Of a stretch of 17,880 nt of DNA, positions 1 to 7,510 are shown piece after piece; position 1 is the stretch's first letter, and the number at the start of each line of letters is the position of its first letter. The stretch is from an uncultured Oligoflexus sp. Its GTDB lineage: Bacteria > Bdellovibrionota_B > Oligoflexia > Oligoflexales > Oligoflexaceae. The stretch spans positions 10,628 to 28,507 of the forward strand of contig CAXSGP010000029.1 in the NCBI GenBank assembly GCA_964236955.1, given 5' to 3'. The translations under genes were made by a program, and so were the position numbers. The notes beneath the pieces were generated by a model. That model ran no database searches and was not told the origin of the DNA. It saw only the letters and a list, made by a program, of their open reading frames with translations.

Positions 1-236
1 AGGGCCATAACGTAGAGCTCCACACTGGGCTTGATCATCAATATGATTTTGTCGCCCTGTTTGATGCCGGCATGGACCAGGGTATAGGCATAGCGATCGC
101 AGCGCGCTTCGAATTCTTTATAGGTCAACTTACCCTGAGGTGAAATAATGGCAATCTTGTCGGGACTGTTCTTGGCTGTTAGACGCAGTTCAAGAGTGGG
201 ATTGCAGGAGTTTTGCAGTATATTTTCGCCAACCAT
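1..236 (-). CDS. AMP-binding (ANL superfamily) enzyme, N-terminal part, runs off the window; acyl-CoA ligase/OleC-like
   Basis: Not in the ORF track. Manual translation from ATG at 236 is open to the window edge: MVGENILQNSCNPTLELRLTAKNSPDKIAIISPQGKLTYKEFEARCDRYAYTLVHAGIKQGDKIILMIKPSVELYVMA. PDKIAI, LTYKEF (A1 motif) and GIKQGDKI are typical of adenylate-forming enzymes. RBS-like GAGGG lies upstream. Confidence 0.85.
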   Translation of the reverse strand, partial: MVGENILQNSCNPTLELRLTAKNSPDKIAIISPQGKLTYKEFEARCDRYAYTLVHAGIKQGDKIILMIKPSVELYVMA

Positions 237-286
237 ATCGGGTCCCTCTTGGTGCTTTCAGTCTGGTCTCGATGCCCTACAACTCT

Positions 287-315
287 AGTCTTCGAGAAAG
301 GTGGCGCCTTGTCAA
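287..315 (-). promoter_or_regulatory. Candidate sigma70 promoter for the AMP-binding gene
   Basis: Minus strand TTGACA-N17-AAGACT in the 84 bp intergenic gap. The -35 is perfect and the -10 is weak. Confidence 0.35.
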
Positions 316-320
316 AGGTT

Positions 321-1613
321 TCACCGGAGAATATCCGCAATATTTTTGCTTATCCGTAGCCTGGCAACGATCATCGCTGTCATAGCTGACCCTCCGGCGA
401 GAAACAGCGAGAGGAAGAGGTAGGAAAAGGGTACAAAAGCGATACGCAAAGGCACCTTCTGAGAAATCAAAGCGGGATAATAAAGGACATTCGCCGAATT
501 GAGCCCGCTGAGGAGGAGGATGATAAGCGCAGTCCCAAATATTGAACCGAAGAGCCCGAGGAAGAAACCTTCCCAAGCAAAAATTTGACTGACAAATTTA
601 CTCTTGTAGCCGACGGCCCGCAGCATGCCTATTTCGCGTTGCCTCTCGTCGATATTGCGTATAATCGAATTGATCATCGAAAGTATGGACACGCTGGCGA
701 CTACGAGGAGTATGAACTGCTGAAAAATGTTCATACTGCCCATCATGCTGCGAAAGACTTCAGATACTTTGTGGTCGGTCCATTGTTTAACGACGATTTT
801 GGTGCTTTTCTGCGGGAATTTTGCTTCGATAAAGGAGACCAGGTCGCGAGCCTGCCCGGGATCTTCCAGGGTAAAGCCTATCGTCGTAATCTTATCGGTA
901 TTTACAAATTTTTGGGCCTGATCGAGAGGCATCATGAGCCAACTGTCTTCCATTTCCCTCAGACCGGCATCGACGATGCCGACTATGGGCGCGTCCCAGG
1001 CGTTCATGCGATTTTTGTCGGTAATCGCGGTCATTTGAAAGGGTGGGCCCATGCAGGCGACCTGACCGTCATAGGGTTCGTACCGACCGTCTTTTGCCTG
1101 TTTGGGAACCAGGTCCTGAATCTTGCAGCCGAGGAGTTCGGCCAAGCCTTTGCCAACTATGATTTGATTCTCTGCGGTGTTCGACAGAGGTTTGCCGTAA
1201 AGGGCATTCCAGGCCCATCGTTCACCCCGGCTCACTTCGCCAGGCATGACGTCATAGGCAAGGCCATGAAAGTTGAAGGTGGAATTCGGACCGGCAATAA
1301 TACCTTCGATAGCCAAAAAGCGGACCATACTTACAAATTTTCCGGGAAACTGCTTGGCGGCAGCGAGGATCTTGGCTGAGGTTTGACCATCGATGGCTGC
1401 ATTGTCTTCATTATTTTCCTCAGCTTCGACCAGGACGTGCCCGGTCATGCCGCGCCGAATATAAAAGTCGCCGAATTGATCTTCGACATCGACATTATAG
1501 CCGTGTATGGAGGCCACCGCCACCACCCCAAGGGCGATGCTGAAAAGCGTGGCGATGCTGTGACGCCAATTCCTCAGAACAGATTGTGCCGCTATGCGCA
1601 TGGCGAGTGTCAT
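321..1613 (-). CDS. ABC transporter permease, MacB/FtsX/LolCE family
   Basis: 430 aa. N-terminal SVLRNWRHSIATLFSIALGV plus TM1, large periplasmic domain, ERQREIGMLRAVG motif and three C-terminal TM helices. The ATG overlaps the upstream TGA (TGATG). Confidence 0.93.
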   Translation of the reverse strand: MTLAMRIAAQSVLRNWRHSIATLFSIALGVVAVASIHGYNVDVEDQFGDFYIRRGMTGHVLVEAEENNEDNAAIDGQTSAKILAAAKQFPGKFVSMVRFLAIEGIIAGPNSTFNFHGLAYDVMPGEVSRGERWAWNALYGKPLSNTAENQIIVGKGLAELLGCKIQDLVPKQAKDGRYEPYDGQVACMGPPFQMTAITDKNRMNAWDAPIVGIVDAGLREMEDSWLMMPLDQAQKFVNTDKITTIGFTLEDPGQARDLVSFIEAKFPQKSTKIVVKQWTDHKVSEVFRSMMGSMNIFQQFILLVVASVSILSMINSIIRNIDERQREIGMLRAVGYKSKFVSQIFAWEGFFLGLFGSIFGTALIILLLSGLNSANVLYYPALISQKVPLRIAFVPFSYLFLSLFLAGGSAMTAMIVARLRISKNIADILR

Positions 1614-2968
1614 CAGCTCCCCCTATCAAGCAGGGTAAGGGTGGGTTGCGAGGCGTAGCGCCTGGCGATGATAAGAGTCGTCATGACTATCATCAGACAG
1701 AGCAGAACAGAAGCCCCTAGGTAACTCCAGAGTGGGGGCACAATCTGAAAGGTCGAGGCTTGGCTTAGACCCGGGTATTTTAAGGGTATGGCCATGCTTT
1801 TGATCCAGCGAAATAAGGCAAAACTTGCAAAAGCCCCGAGGCTTAGGGCGACGATCGTCACGCAGAAGGATTCGATGGCAAAGATCCAGGCCACCTGACT
1901 GGGCTTATAGCCCAGGGCCCTAAGCGTCCCGATTTCACAGCGTGATTCGACCAAGCCTATATTTACCGTATTGAGAATGGACAGGAGAACAACGGCGGCG
2001 ACTACGGCTGAAATAAAGGTTTGACTCACTATCATAACGTTTCTGGTGGCGACGAAATTGGGGTTCCAAAGATTGTCGTCCCATGGGTAAGCATCGATTT
2101 CAAATCCTTGTTTGGACATTTCGTTAACAAGATCCTTGGCAATGGCGGAGGCTTGGTCCTTGTCCTTGATAAAGACGCCAAGATAAGAAATTTTGCTGGT
2201 TCGCATGAGATCCTGCAACTGAACGATGTCCATTTGGAGGGTGCTATTTTCCGTCAGGGCGACACCGGTGCTGAATTCATTGACGACGTTGCTATCAACA
2301 GCATTGATGCGATGCTCGTAATCCTGGGAGAGGAGCTGTATATTGGGGTCCTGGGCTAGCTGGGCCTGGATGGACTTCGATTCACAATCGGCGGCATTAA
2401 AGATCGAATTGGAAATTTGTGGTGCTGACGAAGGGCTTTTTCCCAGACGTTTTGCGAGCCCAAGCGAAAGGCCAATGGGTGATGGGAGTTTGCTGTCCCA
2501 GAGCGCGAGTCCATTTAAGCTGGCTCGATATTCGGGAATAACGGATTTGAGCTCGGGAGAGTTCTTGACCCGCTTTTCCTGGGCTAAGGATATGCCTATA
2601 GCCCGAAATGGAAAGGATTTGCAGCCGCTGCCAACCAAACCTGTTCCATAGAGATAAGGCGAGAGAATGTCGATTTCAGGCCTGGAAGTGGCGATGCGTT
2701 CCAAGGCGGCCACTTCGGAAGCAGACAGGGAATATTTCTCAGGCTCGATGAGTCGATAACGGAGCCCGCCCTTTTTAAGAACGGCTATATGTCCTGGTTG
2801 TTGGATATAGATGGCAGCGGTACCGAGGAAGGAGGCAATTTGTGTGCAATAACCAATCATGAATAGAGCCGCGAACAGGCCGATGGCGGTGGCGCTGCCT
2901 GCGATTAAATTGCGTTTTGCGTGTTGGCCCACGCTTCGAAAGCCTAGCAGCCAGGAAAATCTTTCCAA
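1613..2968 (-). CDS. ABC transporter permease, MacB/FtsX/LolCE family
   Basis: 451 aa. TTG start with AAGGAG RBS, same 1+3 TM topology, ESRCEIGTLRALG motif. Confidence 0.92.
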   Translation of the reverse strand: MERFSWLLGFRSVGQHAKRNLIAGSATAIGLFAALFMIGYCTQIASFLGTAAIYIQQPGHIAVLKKGGLRYRLIEPEKYSLSASEVAALERIATSRPEIDILSPYLYGTGLVGSGCKSFPFRAIGISLAQEKRVKNSPELKSVIPEYRASLNGLALWDSKLPSPIGLSLGLAKRLGKSPSSAPQISNSIFNAADCESKSIQAQLAQDPNIQLLSQDYEHRINAVDSNVVNEFSTGVALTENSTLQMDIVQLQDLMRTSKISYLGVFIKDKDQASAIAKDLVNEMSKQGFEIDAYPWDDNLWNPNFVATRNVMIVSQTFISAVVAAVVLLSILNTVNIGLVESRCEIGTLRALGYKPSQVAWIFAIESFCVTIVALSLGAFASFALFRWIKSMAIPLKYPGLSQASTFQIVPPLWSYLGASVLLCLMIVMTTLIIARRYASQPTLTLLDRGS

Positions 2969-2992
2969 TTTGAACTCCTTTATTGCCCTCGC

Positions 2993-3019
2993 CTATCGGC
3001 AGTGCGAAAATTATTCTTA
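2993..3019 (-). promoter_or_regulatory. sigma28 (FliA)-type promoter for the permease pair
   Basis: Minus strand TAAG-N15-GCCGATAG versus consensus TAAA-N15-GCCGATAA. Spacing is exact and the site sits just upstream of the RBS and TTG start. Confidence 0.65.
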
Positions 3020-3024
3020 ATTAA

Positions 3025-3033
3025 TGCTAAAAT
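3025..3033 (+). promoter_or_regulatory. Candidate extended -10 promoter for the ABC ATPase
   Basis: TGcTAAAAT (consensus TGnTATAAT) about 40 bp upstream of the ATG in an AT-rich gap. No clear -35. Confidence 0.35.
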
Positions 3034-3071
3034 AAATTGATAACCAGCCTGAACGCCTAGGAGAATTTTTT

Positions 3072-3788
3072 ATGAATCCACCTGAAGCCACGCAACCGAC
3101 CAAAGATATCCTGGTTATCCGCGATGTTTATAAATCCTACAATCTTGGAGAAGTGAAAGTCGCGGCTTTAAAAGGCTTGAGTCTTACCCTAAAGGCTGGC
3201 GAATTTACTGCTGTCGTCGGGACTTCGGGCTCTGGTAAAAGCACCTTGCTCAATCTCATTGGTGGAATCGATAGCCCCGACAGTGGCACGATAGAGGTTG
3301 GTGGCGAGGCCTGGGCCGCCATGACGGACAATGTTCGCAGTGAAGCCCGCAATCGAAAGATCGGCTTTATCTTTCAGTCTTTTAATTTAATGCCCATGCT
3401 GAACGTGTTTGAGAATGTGGAACTGCCCCTGCTTATCCAAAAGGAAATCACCCTGCTTGAGCGAAGGGCGAGAGTCGACAAGTTGCTCCAGGACGTCGGG
3501 CTTGGTAGTTTTGCCAAGCATCGGCCCGATAAGCTTTCAGGTGGACAGAGACAGCGCGTGGCTATTGCCCGGGCCCTGGTGACCAAGCCCCTCATCGTAA
3601 TCGCCGACGAACCAACGGCCAACCTTGATTCGGAAACGACCAAACAGATCATTGCGCTGATGCGCGATTTAAATGAAAAGAACCAGACAACTTTTATCTT
3701 CTCCACCCACGATGAAAAGTTGATGTCGCACGTCAATCGAATCTTACGAATGAAGGACGGCCTTTTGGTGGAGCAGGGGGTCAGCTGA
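3072..3788 (+). CDS. ABC transporter ATP-binding protein, LolD/MacB-like
   Basis: 238 aa. Walker [20 protein letters not shown]-loop, [15 protein letters not shown] signature, [11 protein letters not shown]alker B/D-loop, STHD H-loop. AGGAG RBS. Confidence 0.96.
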   Translation: MNPPEATQPTKDILVIRDVYKSYNLGEVKVAALKGLSLTLKAGEFTAVVGTSGSGKSTLLNLIGGIDSPDSGTIEVGGEAWAAMTDNVRSEARNRKIGFIFQSFNLMPMLNVFENVELPLLIQKEITLLERRARVDKLLQDVGLGSFAKHRPDKLSGGQRQRVAIARALVTKPLIVIADEPTANLDSETTKQIIALMRDLNEKNQTTFIFSTHDEKLMSHVNRILRMKDGLLVEQGVS

Positions 3789-3813
3789 TCCCCCTCATCA
3801 CCTGTCGCCTTGA

Positions 3814-4140
3814 TTAGGAACGAAGATTGCAGCGGATGACAAAGTAGTGATCGCGGGGATCCAGGTCCTTTTTATCAAGCAGCGTACTGGGTTTCGCCCC
3901 GTGTTCGACAATCTCATATTTTTTGCCCTTGCAGATTTCCGTGGCTTTATCCTTGATCGTCTTTACATAGCTGTCGTCAAAGCTTTCAAACGTGCCATGG
4001 GACGTTGTCTTAGGGCGAAACTTGATCGTGTGCAGATCCCCATGCACGGCCACTTCTTCGGCTGTAGGGCTCAAAAGCTGACAGGCTGTGGTCACGGCCA
4101 GAAGTCCGGTAAGAAGAAGGAGGTGCAGATGTTTGGGCAT
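3814..4140 (-). CDS. Small hypothetical lipoprotein
   Basis: 108 aa. Signal peptide ending TTAC (lipobox-like), GAGG RBS, two further Cys (KATEIC ... VIRC) that could form a disulfide. Confidence 0.75.
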   Translation of the reverse strand: MPKHLHLLLLTGLLAVTTACQLLSPTAEEVAVHGDLHTIKFRPKTTSHGTFESFDDSYVKTIKDKATEICKGKKYEIVEHGAKPSTLLDKKDLDPRDHYFVIRCNLRS

Positions 4141-4190
4141 GGGTTTTCCTCATTGTCAATATCATTTCCAAGCTATAGGCAAAGCACGTA

Positions 4191-5207
4191 TCAATTGCCC
4201 TTGATGGTGCAGTCACTCAGCAGCAATGGTTTTTGTGTGCCATCCTCAAAGACCAACGCGGCCTCACCACCATCAAAAATTACTTTATAGGTGAGTGAAG
4301 GGTTATCCAGGTCCGCCGAGACGAATACTGCGGCGTCGATTGATCCCGATTGAGGATAGCATGAACCGCCTTTGATAAACTCAAGATTTGAGTACGTGAG
4401 CTTTAGCTTCTGATCGACTTTATAGTCGGAGAGCACCGAACCCGACACGATCCTGAAGCTTTTGATTTCGGGCCCATCCATGGACTGCTGAATGACCAGT
4501 TCTGCCGCTGTCTTCACTGTGCCCTCGTAGGTGCCGCCTTCCTTGGTTGAAATGCGCTTAAGATTCGTCTCGAAATGGATGGTCTTTTGCAGATTGATCT
4601 CGTTGCCGGCCAAGCTTAGCCGGTCCCAGACCACCTGGCGGTTGCCCTTGGCCGTTACGTGCACGCTGCTTTTGAGAGTGGCCGAACTCAAGTCGGTAAA
4701 GGTTCTATCGGCCGTCCGGGTCATGGCAACCTCAGCTTGAAATCCAGTGAGCACAGTCCAGTCTATCGCTGGCAAGTGACCGCCCGCACGACAAGCCAGG
4801 CCACTGGCGCCTGGATTATTCTTCAGAATCGATTCTACATGGTGATTACCTGCGTGATTCACCCGTGTCGTCGGTTTTTTCAGGGGGAGGTCGATCACTC
4901 CCGTATCCTCTTTGTCGACAGTATAAATAACGGCGCCATCGGTGGAAACCTCACAGCTGCGGGAGGCTAAGAGACTCAAGGCAGTATCATTGATATTGCC
5001 TATTGCCGATTGATTTTCCGAGGCGGCTCCCATTGCCTCCTCCAATTGCTCCTCGCTGACGAGAGCCAGGATCTCCTGATCGCTTTCGCTAGGGGCGGCG
5101 ATAGGCCTGGTTGGATTGCCGACCTCCACGCCACAGGATATGAAAAGACAGAGCGCCAGAGTCTGAAGGACGGCAGAGGTCGGCTGGATGTGAAGAATCC
5201 TGGTCAT
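4191..5207 (-). CDS. Hypothetical beta-rich lipoprotein (paralog of 6080..7123)
   Basis: 338 aa. LALCLFISC lipobox-like site followed by GVEVGNP. ATGA overlap with the stop of the upstream gene. Four further Cys collinear with those of the paralog. Confidence 0.8.
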   Translation of the reverse strand: MTRILHIQPTSAVLQTLALCLFISCGVEVGNPTRPIAAPSESDQEILALVSEEQLEEAMGAASENQSAIGNINDTALSLLASRSCEVSTDGAVIYTVDKEDTGVIDLPLKKPTTRVNHAGNHHVESILKNNPGASGLACRAGGHLPAIDWTVLTGFQAEVAMTRTADRTFTDLSSATLKSSVHVTAKGNRQVVWDRLSLAGNEINLQKTIHFETNLKRISTKEGGTYEGTVKTAAELVIQQSMDGPEIKSFRIVSGSVLSDYKVDQKLKLTYSNLEFIKGGSCYPQSGSIDAAVFVSADLDNPSLTYKVIFDGGEAALVFEDGTQKPLLLSDCTIKGN

Positions 5208-6058
5208 TTGTCACTTCCTTTTATGCGCGAAACGGGAAAGAGTTGAATATTCATCTGGTACACTCGATCGCTCCCTGGCTGCCCATCGCTCAGGGTTAGG
5301 ATCCTCTTGCGAAACAGGCTGACCTCCCGTTTAATCTCGAGTGCGACGGATTCATTGCAGGCGAAGCTTATCGAGCTGATGTCACGCCGGTCGCCATCGA
5401 TAGCCGTCAGGGAGCGTTTGCCGAGATCCATCATGTTTTGATGATAACGGACGACTGCAAGAGATGCAATTTCATCGCCGGTACTGATGTTGGTCTGCAC
5501 CGGGACGAGGCGCCCTTCCTGTCGGATCAGGAGTCCGAGTTTTTCGAGAAGCTCGAGACTGCGCTTGGCCTGTTCCGGTCTTATTTTGGGCTCGAGGAGG
5601 CTGCCAAGGACTTTGGGGTCTTCCGAAAAGGTGCTCAGGCCGGCCAGTTCGAAAATAATGGAATGGTACCATTCGGTGAAAAATTCAAGTTGATGCTGAA
5701 GCGAAGTCGATTGGTGAATCTCCCGACCTTTGATTTCCACCATTTCCAGCATAAGGTGCTCACGTTCTGTGCTGTCTGAGCTATCGTGATAGGCGACCAT
5801 GTTGAGCCAGTAACGGCGATCGAGACCCTTCCACGCAAGGACTTCGGCAATCTTCTCACCGGCCTTTGAAGTCAAGGGGCGTTTGCCCCGGATGATCAGG
5901 TGAATAACGTTGGTGCGGGAGAAGCCGAGATCCTCGGCAAATTCGAGATAGGAGTAAGCTTTGGTCTCAGCCTTCGCGGATCGAAAGAGGGATTCGAGGA
6001 ATTCCCTGGGATCGAGGTAGCGGGTCACGGGAGGGGTCAAAAGCTTGAGCGTGGCCAT
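5204..6058 (-). CDS. TIGR02147 / DUF4423 family protein with N-terminal HTH (putative transcription regulator)
   Basis: 284 aa. YLDPREFL...YSYLEFAEDLGFS...LIIRGKRPLT N-terminal HTH-like region; WYHSIIFEL, A..SLELLEKLGL, RYHQNMM, RDISSISF and RVYQMNIQLFP match my recollection of the family pattern. Strong GGAGGAG RBS. Confidence 0.9.
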   Translation of the reverse strand: MATLKLLTPPVTRYLDPREFLESLFRSAKAETKAYSYLEFAEDLGFSRTNVIHLIIRGKRPLTSKAGEKIAEVLAWKGLDRRYWLNMVAYHDSSDSTEREHLMLEMVEIKGREIHQSTSLQHQLEFFTEWYHSIIFELAGLSTFSEDPKVLGSLLEPKIRPEQAKRSLELLEKLGLLIRQEGRLVPVQTNISTGDEIASLAVVRYHQNMMDLGKRSLTAIDGDRRDISSISFACNESVALEIKREVSLFRKRILTLSDGQPGSDRVYQMNIQLFPVSRIKGSDK

Positions 6059-6079
6059 GTTTGACTCCTCCCGAGCCGA

Positions 6080-7123
6080 TTATCTATTGAAGTCGCGAAC
6101 ATCGCAGAGTTGATATTCAAAATCCTCGATCTCTTTAGGATTGGCTGCATCCGTGATATCGGTAACGGTATAGCTGCCGCTTGCGGCTTCGATCTTTATG
6201 ATGACCGAAGGACTTGCCGCGCCTTCTGCAAAGACTTTATTGACGACCGACCCGGATTCAGGCTGACAGCTTGAATCGGCAAAGCTGACCTTGAGATTAT
6301 CGAATGTGGATTCCACATGGCCGGAGCCGGAGATTGTTGCTATGAGCTTGCCGGTTTTGATGGTGCGGGCTGAGGCATCCCGCGATGTTTCAGAAGGAAA
6401 AGTAACTTCGATGGCTAAAGGTTCAGCCGAGGCCGTGGCAAGGGTTAGGTTTGCCTCTGAACTCGTTCCGTCTTTTTCTACGACCGTGCGTTTGCTCGTC
6501 GCATTGGAGCTGACGGTTTTGTTGCGGACCACTGTGTTGTCAGTATTTTTGCTAAAGCTGGCCCACGTGATCGAGCGGCTTCCTTCGGTTATAGCCTGAA
6601 CGCTGTGTGTGCTCACGACGCCGCTCTTTGCCGTGCGGACAGAGGAGCGTTCCGCGGTGCGCTTGAAGGTGATATCGGTAGTGAGTCCGGTCAGGTCGGA
6701 ATTCGGATCGAAGTCGGCATGGGTAAGAGCTGCATTGCAGCCGATGGAGGCGCCTTCTTTCTTCCAGATGCGGGTAATCTCGGCATTCATGTCGATCGTA
6801 TGCGTGCTAGAGAAGAATTTTCCTTTGACTTCGGCGTCTTTGGAAAAGCTGGACTTGATGTCGACCTTAGCGCTCGTACCCTCGACAACGCAGCTGCGAG
6901 TGATGGCTTTAGTGGGTTGTTCGAGTGCGAGGCCCAAAGCTAAAGGGGATCCTTCCTGATCGGAGTCCGATAGAATGTTCATGACTTCATCTAGATTGGA
7001 ACTTGCCGTTGTGCTAGCACCGGCCTGGCTGGTTAAAGCTGCCGTTTGTTGACTGTTGCCCTCATCTTGAGTCCCACAAGCGGTAAAAAGAGTGCATGCA
7101 AGGGCGAAGGAGATGTATTTCAT
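6080..7123 (-). CDS. Hypothetical Ser/Thr-rich beta-strand lipoprotein (paralog of 4191..5207)
   Basis: Start moved from 7195 to the ATG at 7123, which has an AAGGA RBS and gives a classic lipoprotein signal MKYISFALACTLFTAC. 347 aa with four further Cys. Confidence 0.82.
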   Translation of the reverse strand: MKYISFALACTLFTACGTQDEGNSQQTAALTSQAGASTTASSNLDEVMNILSDSDQEGSPLALGLALEQPTKAITRSCVVEGTSAKVDIKSSFSKDAEVKGKFFSSTHTIDMNAEITRIWKKEGASIGCNAALTHADFDPNSDLTGLTTDITFKRTAERSSVRTAKSGVVSTHSVQAITEGSRSITWASFSKNTDNTVVRNKTVSSNATSKRTVVEKDGTSSEANLTLATASAEPLAIEVTFPSETSRDASARTIKTGKLIATISGSGHVESTFDNLKVSFADSSCQPESGSVVNKVFAEGAASPSVIIKIEAASGSYTVTDITDAANPKEIEDFEYQLCDVRDFNR

Positions 7124-7172
7124 GGTGTTTCCTTTTTCAAAGAAGAGTAGCAGTATGCCGCTCACAATAGCC

Positions 7173-7270
7173 TTTTCGGCAGATTTATTTTGCATATGAG
7201 GTATATTTTTAAGTAATTGTAATTAAAGATAAATATTTCGAAAATATTATTTTTTCAAAGTTTTATTGCA
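7173..7270 (-). promoter_or_regulatory. AT-rich promoter/operator region upstream of the lipoprotein-TIGR02147 cluster
   Basis: Very AT-rich. Contains inverted repeat AATATTT-cga-AAATATT (7232-7248), two related boxes reading TGCAATAAAA (7261-7270) and TGCAAAATAA (7185-7194) on the minus strand, and a weak sigma28-like TCAT-N15-GCCGAAAA (7173-7199). Confidence 0.5.
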
Positions 7271-7479
7271 CATCCTGTGCGGCCGGTGGACGAGGTAAGG
7301 GCTGGCAACCTGTAGAGCTGGCACTTGCTTAATGCAGGTTTATGTCCTTTACATTGCCTTAGCGATCTTGCTTAGCCTTTGCCTTTAGAGTGATCGTCGC
7401 CCGGAGGCTCTCCAAGGTCTGCATGACAAGGGAGTTGAGACACGGCAAAGGAAGTGTCAACGATCACGATCATCCCAAC

Positions 7480-7506
7480 GGCTAGGGCTAGGGCTAGGGC
7501 TAGGGG
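7480..7506 (+). repeat. Tandem hexamer (CTAGGG)4, potential G-quadruplex
   Basis: Sequence GG-CTAGGG-CTAGGG-CTAGGG-CTAGGG-G read directly. Four G-tracts at 7485, 7491, 7497 and 7503. Confidence 0.92.
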
Positions 7507-7510
7507 CCTT

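Noticed and set aside
585..1379. 264 aa plus-strand ORF and the other antisense or alternate-frame ORFs in the track
   Set aside because: They lie within well-supported genes and show no recognisable motifs; treated as shadow ORFs.
7124..7195. Longer start (MQNKSAEK...) for the 6080 lipoprotein
   Set aside because: No RBS, and it would bury the lipoprotein signal. ATG 7123 has an RBS and a canonical lipobox.
7319..7337. TGGCAC...TGCA as a sigma54 promoter
   Set aside because: GG-to-GC spacing is not 10 nt and no plus-strand gene follows.
7359..7485. Tiny ORFs of about 20 codons on both strands between the lipoprotein cluster and oleate hydratase
   Set aside because: No well-placed RBS and no recognisable sequence.
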